From: Marsupella aquatica
Lineage: Eukaryota; Plantae; Marchantiophyta
Length of the DNA stretch: 64,000 bases
Assembly (NCBI GenBank): GCA_973895155.1
Contig: OZ316899.1
Span: 12,775,934 to 12,839,933 of the forward strand
Direction: 5' to 3'
Below, in pieces: positions 1 through 8,216 of the stretch. Both the position numbers and the translations under genes were made by a program. Below the pieces are notes generated by a model, which searched no databases, had not been told where the DNA came from, and was given only the letters and a program-made list of their open reading frames with translations. Every line of letters begins with the position of its first letter. Position 1 is the stretch's first letter.

Positions 1-304
1 TCATTCAAAACTTTGATGAGGCCCGTCAACAAACCCGAGCGCACAGGAGAGTGATGTGTCTTGATGAGGCACGTCTAAAGATGATTTTTGGCTTACCCGA
101 GGGGATAAACCGGGTAGAGTCGCGGGATCCTGGGGGCAAGGGAGCTAAATACCAATCATCTAGCTTCCCGACGGAAGGGGTGGTGGACAATGGGTTCTTA
201 ATGAGGACGTGCCTCATCCCAGAGGTAGCAGAACGCCTAGAGTTCTAGCGGTATGCCCTCCACATGATGGAACCTAGAGGAGAAATATTGGCCGCTCAGG
301 TCAT

Positions 305-3300
305 TGTGGTGCGTCCCATGGCTCCCTAAACCCAAGAAACCCCCCAGCTCAAGCCGATTCCCGCAGGTTTCGCGCTTGGCGAGGCCGTTTCCGCGGCTTA
401 GCGGCATGGGACGCTGCTAACCTTCTACTACTACTATTAACATTTTACACACATATACTGGACAGATCCTTCATCGGGTCATGAGATACGTAGCCGGCCT
501 AATATAGGCCTTCCCCTGTCTTCCCTTGTCTTCCCCTCCGTCTTGTTAGGTATGTTTGGATTCCGCCGCCGGAATGATCCCCAATAGGCTTGGTTAAGCC
601 GCTAAGACCTCTCTCAGCTCGACACATCCAACTCTCACTCCCCTGCTTACTTTCCTTCTTTCTGTTGATGTGGGCACTCTTCACACAAGTTAATGCGACA
701 CACAAATAGCAAAATGACTCATTCTGACTGAGTCATACCATGCACTTGCCATACAAACAGTACATCTCATACACAAGTTCTGCGAACTAAGCCGTGAGGC
801 CAACTCTATTCAGCTCTTAGGCATGAGGAAACATGAATATACACAAGGGTCACTGTATGACTAACCGAGAGCTTCTCGTACTACTTGATCCCAGCCCGGC
901 TGGTGCAAACTAAAAACTTGCTAAAGAAGAGGCCCTGAGCTCCCCGCTGCCCAGGTACTTATCCTGGTAGTGGATCCGCCATTCTTTGCATCGTAAGCCT
1001 AATCTACTTAACAAAAATCTACTTGCCCGAATCTACCTATGTACAGCAAGGCAGGAGCACAAGTGTTGCTCCTACCAGTGGGACCGCAATCCCACTAAGC
1101 TAAGTGTCAGGGCCGCTCCTGGTTCTGATCCTAATCCTAAACGTGGAGATCCGTGCCCGCCCTGCCCACTCACGCCTCCTCCCTCCACGTCCGCCCTCCC
1201 TAAAAGGAACGGCGCCCTTGCACCGTCACGACACCGGTGGTGGATCCTCAATGGACGCCCCCAACACTTCCTCCTCAGCCACTGCCGTTGGCCCGCCTAC
1301 TGACAGATTACCTGCCCTTGACCGAGTCAACTCTCCCTCGGCCTGACTGGGTCCACCTTCGGCTTCAGCCTCGACACCGGCCTCGGCAATACCCACGGCT
1401 TCGGCTTCAGCCACCCCCACGGCTTCGGCTTCAGCCACTCCCTCGGCTTCGGCCTCCCCTTCCCCTAGGGTAGTTGGATCCTTAGCTGTGACCCTGTCTG
1501 GGGTCGGTGCCGGGTCTACCTCCTTGATCACCACGGCCTGTGAAGTCGTATTACTCCTTGACCCTGAAGGTTTCCGCTTCTTCTTCGTTGGTGGCTCGGC
1601 AGCTGGTCCCTTCCCCTTCCCACTTACCTCCGGCACTGGTGCAGGTGGCGCGGCTTGTCCTTCGGCAATTACCACCCCTGGTAACTGGTTTGTCCCAACA
1701 GGAGATGGACCTGCTGCAGCTAAGCATTTAAATACTGCGGCTTGTTTCTTCAGCCGCTCTGTTTGGTTGTCGGCCCGCCGCTGTAGGTTCTCCATCTTCC
1801 TCGTGATTTCCTCCAACTCCTCTTGGGTTTCATCCAGGTCCTTACGTGCCCCCTCCAGCTCGTTTTTGGCCTCCTCCTGCTCCCTGTGGGCTTCCTCCAA
1901 TTCCTTCTTCAAGGTAGCCTTCTCCTCCTGGGTTGCTCTTAGCTCCTTGTCGAGCTCTGCAATGATGACAGACTCCATCTGGTTCATCTTGGCGTAAGTC
2001 TGTTCGAGCATCTCGTCCTTCTCCCTTAGGTCGGCCTTGAAGCTGGCCGTCAGGGACGCAAGCTCCTGCTGCAGCGCCATAATCCCTTGATAGGATTTCC
2101 CTAACTCGACCTCCTTCTGCTCAAGGGCTCCGCGGATTTTCTCGAGCTCCCCTTTCAACGCCCATTCCTTTCTTTGGGTCTCCGCCATGGCCCGGCTGTT
2201 GGCTGTTATGTGGGCCTCCTCTGTATTCTTCAGCTCTTGCTTCCACTTTTCCCTTTCTTTGATCGTGTCGGCCAACTCTTCCTGCGTCTGAGTCAGTTTA
2301 TCCTTGATATTCTGATTATCAGCCTGCGCGGCGTCCAACTGCCCCTGCATGATGTTCAGCTCATGTCGTTTAATCCGCAGTTCATCTTGGGCTTTCTTGG
2401 CCGCCCTTAGATCTTCAATCTCGGCTTCCATCCTCCTAAGCCGCCGAATGACCTCGTCCTTCTTGCTTCTCTCTAAAGCCACCGCTTCTTCTAATTGGTG
2501 CTTTTCCAACTGCTCCCTATGGAAAAAGGGTCCTACCTCCAACTCCTCTCCAAAGATGCCGAGCGCAAGTTCCCCACACATCTCACCATACTCCATGGCT
2601 CTATTCTTAGCGTAGGTGGAGTAAGTAGAAGTGATCGGCATCGCCCATCGTGGCCTCTGCTCCCAAGCCGTCCTGCGGATCTCTTCAATCGTGGCTAGAG
2701 GTTTGCTTCCTTTTTCGGCTAGCCGCCTGATGTCCTCCGGCCAATCTCCTCCTGGTAAATCCTTTTCCTTAGCCAGGGCGGCCTCTTCCTCCTGCTTGAT
2801 TCGCTCCTGAAATTCCTGCACCGTCTGTTTTATGCCGTCGAAGCTCGGGGGAGCAACATCTGGTGGGGGAGACTCAGGGCTACTCTGCTGGTTGGGGTCC
2901 CCTCGCACTACCCTTGGAAGTGTGGGGACAAACCGGCCACAGGTCCTTACTCCTGGAACGTGATGGTCCGACCCATAGCCGGAATTATCATGGCTGCAGT
3001 CCTCCACTGCCTCCTCTACCTCTTGGATTTCCGGCTTCTCCCTCTCCTCTTCCTCGGTAGGAGCTTCAGGCAATTCTGCCTCAGATTCGGAGCTTGAGGT
3101 TCCCACGTACATTCGAACACCTGGCTTGGATTCCGGCCTGATTCTCTCGTCTCCAGCAAAGGGGTTTTCTCTTGTGAGCCGGTGTAGGCCTACCTCTGTA
3201 GTAGTGTCCTGCATGGTTGCCGTTGCCGTTGTTGTTGCCGATGCCGATTTCTTTTCTTTCTCCAGTAGTTTCAGCAGACTCTGCATGCCTGGTTGCTGCA

Positions 3301-4961
3301 TCGGCAAGTCTTCCTTCCTGGGCCTAAACACCTGCTCGATCGTAGGACTAACAGGTGGTTGAGGCTTCTCAGCCAACGGCCTCGGCGTTGGAGCTTCCTC
3401 GGGTGCCCTTACCTGCAGGGGAAGTACCGGGGCAAAAGTCTGACCTCTGGCATACCGGCACAACAGCGGCATGTGATAGCCAAGCCGCGACACGCTCCCC
3501 ATGCCGATTACCTGCTGCTCCTCCTTTAAGATCTTCTTCAATTGGTTGAGGAGGTACCCGTTGTAGTCCCGGCTTGGGTCTGGCCTTTCTGCCAGATAGA
3601 CCTGTGCCTTGCCGATCTCTGCCCTCGGCAAGTTACAATGCATGGTCACCCGCAAGAAGTCGATCATCTCTCCTTTGTGCGGGTTGGTGCAGGTGTTCCG
3701 GAAGAAGCCATTCTTCGTTGATGGCCCGGGGAACGACCGGAACTCCTTGTCAGGCAAGGTCTTCCTGGTATCAACTTTGGTCTTATTGCCCATCGGCAAG
3801 CCAAACACTTCGGCAATCACCTTGGGAGTAAGATAGAAATCCTTCCCATATATCCTCGTGCAATTGGTCTCGGGTTCCCATGACCCCACGAATTCTAATA
3901 GGTCTGACTCCGGTACCTCCGGCTTCAGCCATGGTAATCTTACAAAGGCCTCCAAGCCGGATCCGGCCATGAAGCCTTGGTACTTCTTGGTCTGCATGGC
4001 CGTAAAGCATGCATCCTCCTCCCGTGCAAAATGTAGTTGCACCTCCACCGGTAGGGTTGCCGCCCAGCCCTTCCAGGTGTCATCCCTGGTTGGAATGGCC
4101 TTGATGGGATCGACCTCCTCCTCTTCGGCTTCTCCCTGCCTCCTGCTCTGCTGCTCGGCTGGCTTCTTTGGTGCCGTCGACCTCGTTCTTTTTGCCGGGG
4201 TGGCTTCATCGTTGACGGCTCCCTTCCTCTTCATCTCTGCTGCCGTGGAGGTTTCTCCTAGCACCGTTGCCTGGGTCCACCTTTCCGTGCTACCCTTTAA
4301 TTCCCAGTGTATGTCGTTGCAGTTCTTGATGGCCTCTCGGATGCCGACGACGCTGTCCTTGCAAAACAGAAGATCGTCGAGTTGATTGGAAGTAGGCGTC
4401 CACAGGAACTCGTCCTTGATGAGTTCGCCTCCTAAGAAAGCCGTCTTCTGCAGCTCCCACAATCGAGCGAGCTCCTGCCGTTCTCGAGCTGCCCTTTCTG
4501 ACTCCTCGTCCTCGTAAGTCTTGATGTACTCAGTTGCCCGTTCGAACAGGCATCCCCAGAAATGTGCCGCTTGATTGACGTTGCTCATACCCTCCTTAGG
4601 TTGATCGTCGGTATCTACTCTCTCCCCGAGTGCTTGCCTAAGCAGCTGACAGTAGTTGGCCTCCCGTAGTCGTCTGCCTAGTTCGTGCTCGCAAATGAGC
4701 CACCATCTCCTGCAAGCGCTCCTTACCCCTCTCCTCTGCCGGTCCTTCTTCCCGTTGATCCTTCCTAGCCGCCGACGCTTAACGCGCCCTAACCCTAATC
4801 GGGTTTTCACCCTCAGCCTTACCTCCGGCCTCTGCCCGGGTTCCATGGTTGCCCCTAATTGTTTATATTTTCCTTGTTTTGTCACTATACTAAGGTGTTC
4901 CTAGGGTGCCTTCCTGCTTTACCCACTTAACCGGCCGAGTGATTCCTGTCTAGGCATCACA
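305..4961 (-). repeat. 3' LTR of element A (4657 bp), containing a long ORF
   Basis: Near-identical to 11186-15842 (about a dozen substitutions seen by eye). On the minus strand it begins TGTGATGCC immediately after the PPT and ends CACCACA. Confidence 0.96.
1226..4846 (-). CDS. LTR-encoded accessory protein of family A, 3' LTR copy (1206 aa from ATG 4846, or 1120 aa from ATG 4588)
   Basis: Uninterrupted 3.6-kb ORF entirely inside the LTR. Globular domain with FVGSWEPETNCTRIYGKDFYLTPKVIAEVFGLPMG motif, basic NLS-like segments (KRK..PAKRTR, KKKRK), ~270 aa heptad-rich coiled coil. Conserved in the solo LTR and in the 42.8-kb fragment. Confidence 0.85.
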   Translation of the reverse strand: MEPGQRPEVRLRVKTRLGLGRVKRRRLGRINGKKDRQRRGVRSACRRWWLICEHELGRRLREANYCQLLRQALGERVDTDDQPKEGMSNVNQAAHFWGCLFERATEYIKTYEDEESERAARERQELARLWELQKTAFLGGELIKDEFLWTPTSNQLDDLLFCKDSVVGIREAIKNCNDIHWELKGSTERWTQATVLGETSTAAEMKRKGAVNDEATPAKRTRSTAPKKPAEQQSRRQGEAEEEEVDPIKAIPTRDDTWKGWAATLPVEVQLHFAREEDACFTAMQTKKYQGFMAGSGLEAFVRLPWLKPEVPESDLLEFVGSWEPETNCTRIYGKDFYLTPKVIAEVFGLPMGNKTKVDTRKTLPDKEFRSFPGPSTKNGFFRNTCTNPHKGEMIDFLRVTMHCNLPRAEIGKAQVYLAERPDPSRDYNGYLLNQLKKILKEEQQVIGMGSVSRLGYHMPLLCRYARGQTFAPVLPLQVRAPEEAPTPRPLAEKPQPPVSPTIEQVFRPRKEDLPMQQPGMQSLLKLLEKEKKSASATTTATATMQDTTTEVGLHRLTRENPFAGDERIRPESKPGVRMYVGTSSSESEAELPEAPTEEEEREKPEIQEVEEAVEDCSHDNSGYGSDHHVPGVRTCGRFVPTLPRVVRGDPNQQSSPESPPPDVAPPSFDGIKQTVQEFQERIKQEEEAALAKEKDLPGGDWPEDIRRLAEKGSKPLATIEEIRRTAWEQRPRWAMPITSTYSTYAKNRAMEYGEMCGELALGIFGEELEVGPFFHREQLEKHQLEEAVALERSKKDEVIRRLRRMEAEIEDLRAAKKAQDELRIKRHELNIMQGQLDAAQADNQNIKDKLTQTQEELADTIKEREKWKQELKNTEEAHITANSRAMAETQRKEWALKGELEKIRGALEQKEVELGKSYQGIMALQQELASLTASFKADLREKDEMLEQTYAKMNQMESVIIAELDKELRATQEEKATLKKELEEAHREQEEAKNELEGARKDLDETQEELEEITRKMENLQRRADNQTERLKKQAAVFKCLAAAGPSPVGTNQLPGVVIAEGQAAPPAPVPEVSGKGKGPAAEPPTKKKRKPSGSRSNTTSQAVVIKEVDPAPTPDRVTAKDPTTLGEGEAEAEGVAEAEAVGVAEAEAVGIAEAGVEAEAEGGPSQAEGELTRSRAGNLSVGGPTAVAEEEVLGASIEDPPPVS

Positions 4962-7900
4962 TAGCTCCCCACTTAATTGTGAAGCGTCCTCGCGAACAAC
5001 TTCATCTTCGTCCATATAGTATTTCTTGAGGCGGTCATAATGGATGCGAACTGGATATACCTCTCCCGTAATGTTGGCCAATTGCACGGAGCCATTGGGG
5101 AACATCATGGTTACTCTAAAGGGTCCTAACCAGCGAGTGTAAAGCTTTCCTGGAAACCTACTATACCTACTGTCATAAAGTAGCACAAGATCACCGGTAT
5201 GAATACTAACTACTTTTAACCTTTTATCATACTGCTGCTTCATGATATTCTGTCTATATTCTACTCTCTCGGCTGAAATCATTCTCGCTTCCTCTAAAGC
5301 TTCTAACCTATATTCTCGCTCCTTTAGGCTCTCCTCCGCTGAGGCTCTTTCTTCAATTGTAACTTGAAATGTCGGTATCTCAAGTTGCATGGGTACCAGG
5401 GCTTCTTGTCCAAAGGTTAAGAAGAAGGGTGTATGACCGGTAGTGGATTTATAGGCAAGATTGTAAGCAAAAACAGCAGCAAACAATTTATCATCCCAAT
5501 CGAGTTTGTTCTGAGCTACTGTTTTGTTCAATATCTTTCCTATGATTCCGTTTGCTCGTTCTGTCAACCCGTTTGCCTTTGGATGGTAGGGAGTAGTAGG
5601 TCTATGTTTAACTAAATACTGCTCATTTAAACGACTAATTATATCATTCAAAAAATGGGTTCCTCTATCACTAACTAATTCTAGGGGTGCTCCATACCTG
5701 GTGAAGATCTGCTCATACATGAATCTAGCCGTAGTAATTGCATCATCCTTCGTTGTTGGTCTGGCCTCTACCCATTTAGTTGCATAATCCGTAGCCAGGA
5801 TTATGTACTTGTTCCGTCGAGGGTGGGTCAGTGGTTTCAGAGGTCCAATGTAATCAATACCCCACTTCTCGAATGGTGCCAGAGGTAGAATAGGGTGCAG
5901 TGGATGCCTGGTGGACGCCCTTGGTCCTCCCGCTCGTTGACAAGGATCGCATTGTTTGATAAACTGATAGACATCTTTGTGCAAGGTGGGCCACCAGTAA
6001 CCGGCATTTAATATCTTCTTAGACGTGGTTACTGGGGCAAAATGTCCTCCGGCCTCCTCTCCATGCATGGCCCGTAGGACTCGTTTTACCTCTCTCTTCT
6101 CCAAACACCTTTGAATCGTGCCGTTGATTCCATGCTTGTGCAGTATGCCTTTAATGCACTGATACTGTCTGAACTTCCGCACAAAGACTGCGGCTTGCTC
6201 TCGGCTTAATCCTGGCTGTAATCTGGAAGTGCTGAGAAATTGTAAAATCTCAGGGTACCATGTACCAGCTATTTCCACAACGAATAGCTCCTCGTCGGGG
6301 AATCGATCATCGATGCAATCCGTGGCAGGTTTACCTGTGATCCTTGAAAAGAAGTCGGCATTGGCATGTAACTTTCCTGGCTTGATCCTCAGCTCATAGT
6401 CAAACTCCTGTAATAGCAAAATCCATCTTGCTACTCTGCCTGTAAGGTCCGGCTTATTGACTAGGTACTTCAAACTTTCATGATCAGTATGAAAGATTAC
6501 CTTGTACCCTAGTAAATAATGCCTAAACTTTTTACAAGAATAAATGACTCCTAATGCTTCTCTTTCCGTGGTAGAGTAGTTCCGTTCGGCATCGGCAAGC
6601 TGACGGCTTGCGAAGTATATGGGATGGTCCCTTCCTTTCTCATCCAACTGACTTAGTACTGAGCCAATACAGAAGCCCGAGACATCTACAAAAACATGAA
6701 AATCTTTGTTCCAGTCCGGTGCTATCATGACTGGGGCCTCTACTAACATCTGCTTCAATTCTACCACCGCTGTGACTCGTTCGGGTGTGGGTTCGAAGTC
6801 TGCTCCTGCCTTGAGCATATTGGTTAATGGTAAAGCTAGCTTGGCAAAATCCTTGATGAACCGGCGATAGTAACCAATGCATCCCAAGAAGGATCTTACA
6901 TCCTTTATGTTCTTAGGTTGCATGATATCTAGCCATACTGCTAGCTTACCTTTGTCAATCTCAATGCCCTTCCTTGATACCTTGTGACCTAGTAGCACCC
7001 CCTCGGTTACTGCAAAAAAACATTTATCTGGGTGTAACTTGAGACCCACCTCCCTACATCTCATGAAGGTTTTCCTGAGGTATTTAGCATGTTTCGATGC
7101 CTTCCCGAATACTGCAAAGTCATCAATGAAGATTTCCATGAACTTTCTCAAGTAATCATGAAAAATGTTCACCATTAATCGTTGGAACATAGCTGGTGCG
7201 TTGCAGAGTCCAAACGGCATACGATTGAAGACATAGATCCCCCATTCCGTGATGAAGGCCGTCTTGATTTGGTCTTCCTGCCGAATCCTGATTTGGTTAT
7301 AACCAGAGTATCCATCCATGAATGAATATAGTTCATGACTGGCTACCATGTCTAGTACCATATCAGTAAACGGTAAAGGAAAATGGTCTTTTAATGTTGC
7401 TTCATTCAGCTTCCTGTAATCCTGACAAACCCGGATCTTGGGTTTACCATCGGGTCCAGCTTTCTTGGGAACTATCACAATTGGAGACACCCAGTCTGAA
7501 TGCAGGACTGGAGTGATGAATCCAGCTTCCACTAGTTTGTCGATTTCTGTTTTGACCAGCAGGGAATACTTCGGGTTCATCCTTCGAATTGGTTGTCGAA
7601 ATGATTTGGCTCCTAACATGAGATCAATTCGATGTTCCCCTAGTGTTGGATCTACGCCCTTTAGATCTTGGTGACTCCATGCAAACACATCCTGAAATTC
7701 AATTAATAAGTCACTGATCTCTTTCTCGAGCTCAGGTGCTAGGTTTCTCCCTAAGTTCAGTTCTCTTCCCTCTCCTAAGTCGAGCTTCCGATATTGCCGT
7801 GCTTGGATCATATTAATCTGCTTCTTCAAATTCGGGTCCAGTTCGGCTTCCAGTCTCTCTAATCTCATACCTCCATAAACTGGGATCTCGGCTGGACTAG

Positions 7901-8216
7901 CCGAGTCGGTCCCTTCCTTGGTGTCCATAGATTGTCCCCTTACCGGTCTATTCGGTTTTGAATTAGTGGTCGGCTCCCCTTCCTGCCTTGGCTCTGGATC
8001 GTGTCTGTCCATCTCATCCACCTCTTGCTCCTGAGAGTTAGGCCGCTGTGCTCTCTCGGCTTCTAATAGGGCCTCAATTTGTTTTGCCCTCGTAATCGGC
8101 TTGTATGCCGATCCCTTGGTATTTAATTCCTTGCCGATGATCGATGGCGTTGTGGACCACGTCGGCTCTGCCACAACGCCTGCAGAAAATCCACTGTCCC
8201 TGCTACTGCTCCCCAC
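4950..8216 (-). CDS. pol: Pol (reverse transcriptase, RNase H, integrase), probably reached by -1 frameshift from gag-PR
   Basis: RT motifs DYRKLN..KDHFPLPF, DGYSGYNQI, MPFGLCNAP, FIDD; RNase H VDVSG..YFASR..YSTTERE; integrase HHCC (H..GH..CDPCQ), WGID, SDRG, NGLTER, and GPF C-terminal module. No chromodomain and no extra archaeal-type RNase H. Confidence 0.95.
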   Translation of the reverse strand: MGSSSRDSGFSAGVVAEPTWSTTPSIIGKELNTKGSAYKPITRAKQIEALLEAERAQRPNSQEQEVDEMDRHDPEPRQEGEPTTNSKPNRPVRGQSMDTKEGTDSASPAEIPVYGGMRLERLEAELDPNLKKQINMIQARQYRKLDLGEGRELNLGRNLAPELEKEISDLLIEFQDVFAWSHQDLKGVDPTLGEHRIDLMLGAKSFRQPIRRMNPKYSLLVKTEIDKLVEAGFITPVLHSDWVSPIVIVPKKAGPDGKPKIRVCQDYRKLNEATLKDHFPLPFTDMVLDMVASHELYSFMDGYSGYNQIRIRQEDQIKTAFITEWGIYVFNRMPFGLCNAPAMFQRLMVNIFHDYLRKFMEIFIDDFAVFGKASKHAKYLRKTFMRCREVGLKLHPDKCFFAVTEGVLLGHKVSRKGIEIDKGKLAVWLDIMQPKNIKDVRSFLGCIGYYRRFIKDFAKLALPLTNMLKAGADFEPTPERVTAVVELKQMLVEAPVMIAPDWNKDFHVFVDVSGFCIGSVLSQLDEKGRDHPIYFASRQLADAERNYSTTEREALGVIYSCKKFRHYLLGYKVIFHTDHESLKYLVNKPDLTGRVARWILLLQEFDYELRIKPGKLHANADFFSRITGKPATDCIDDRFPDEELFVVEIAGTWYPEILQFLSTSRLQPGLSREQAAVFVRKFRQYQCIKGILHKHGINGTIQRCLEKREVKRVLRAMHGEEAGGHFAPVTTSKKILNAGYWWPTLHKDVYQFIKQCDPCQRAGGPRASTRHPLHPILPLAPFEKWGIDYIGPLKPLTHPRRNKYIILATDYATKWVEARPTTKDDAITTARFMYEQIFTRYGAPLELVSDRGTHFLNDIISRLNEQYLVKHRPTTPYHPKANGLTERANGIIGKILNKTVAQNKLDWDDKLFAAVFAYNLAYKSTTGHTPFFLTFGQEALVPMQLEIPTFQVTIEERASAEESLKEREYRLEALEEARMISAERVEYRQNIMKQQYDKRLKVVSIHTGDLVLLYDSRYSRFPGKLYTRWLGPFRVTMMFPNGSVQLANITGEVYPVRIHYDRLKKYYMDEDEVVREDASQLSGELCDA
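4962..4976 (-). other. Polypurine tract of element A (AAGTGGGGAG), inside the pol reading frame
   Basis: Purine-rich run immediately before the TG start of the 3' LTR. Confidence 0.75.

Noticed and set aside
1226-4846. Retroviral-type envelope gene, or captured host myosin/SMC gene
   Set aside because: No signal peptide or TM helix, and no motor or ATPase motifs; the coiled-coil similarity is generic.
986-4904. Numerous short plus-strand ORFs over the LTR (also 11867-15785)
   Set aside because: Antisense shadows of the long GC-rich ORF, with no motifs.
8123-8216. gag/pol frame break as an inactivating mutation
   Set aside because: The element is otherwise intact and the break coincides with a slippery heptamer and a perfect stem.
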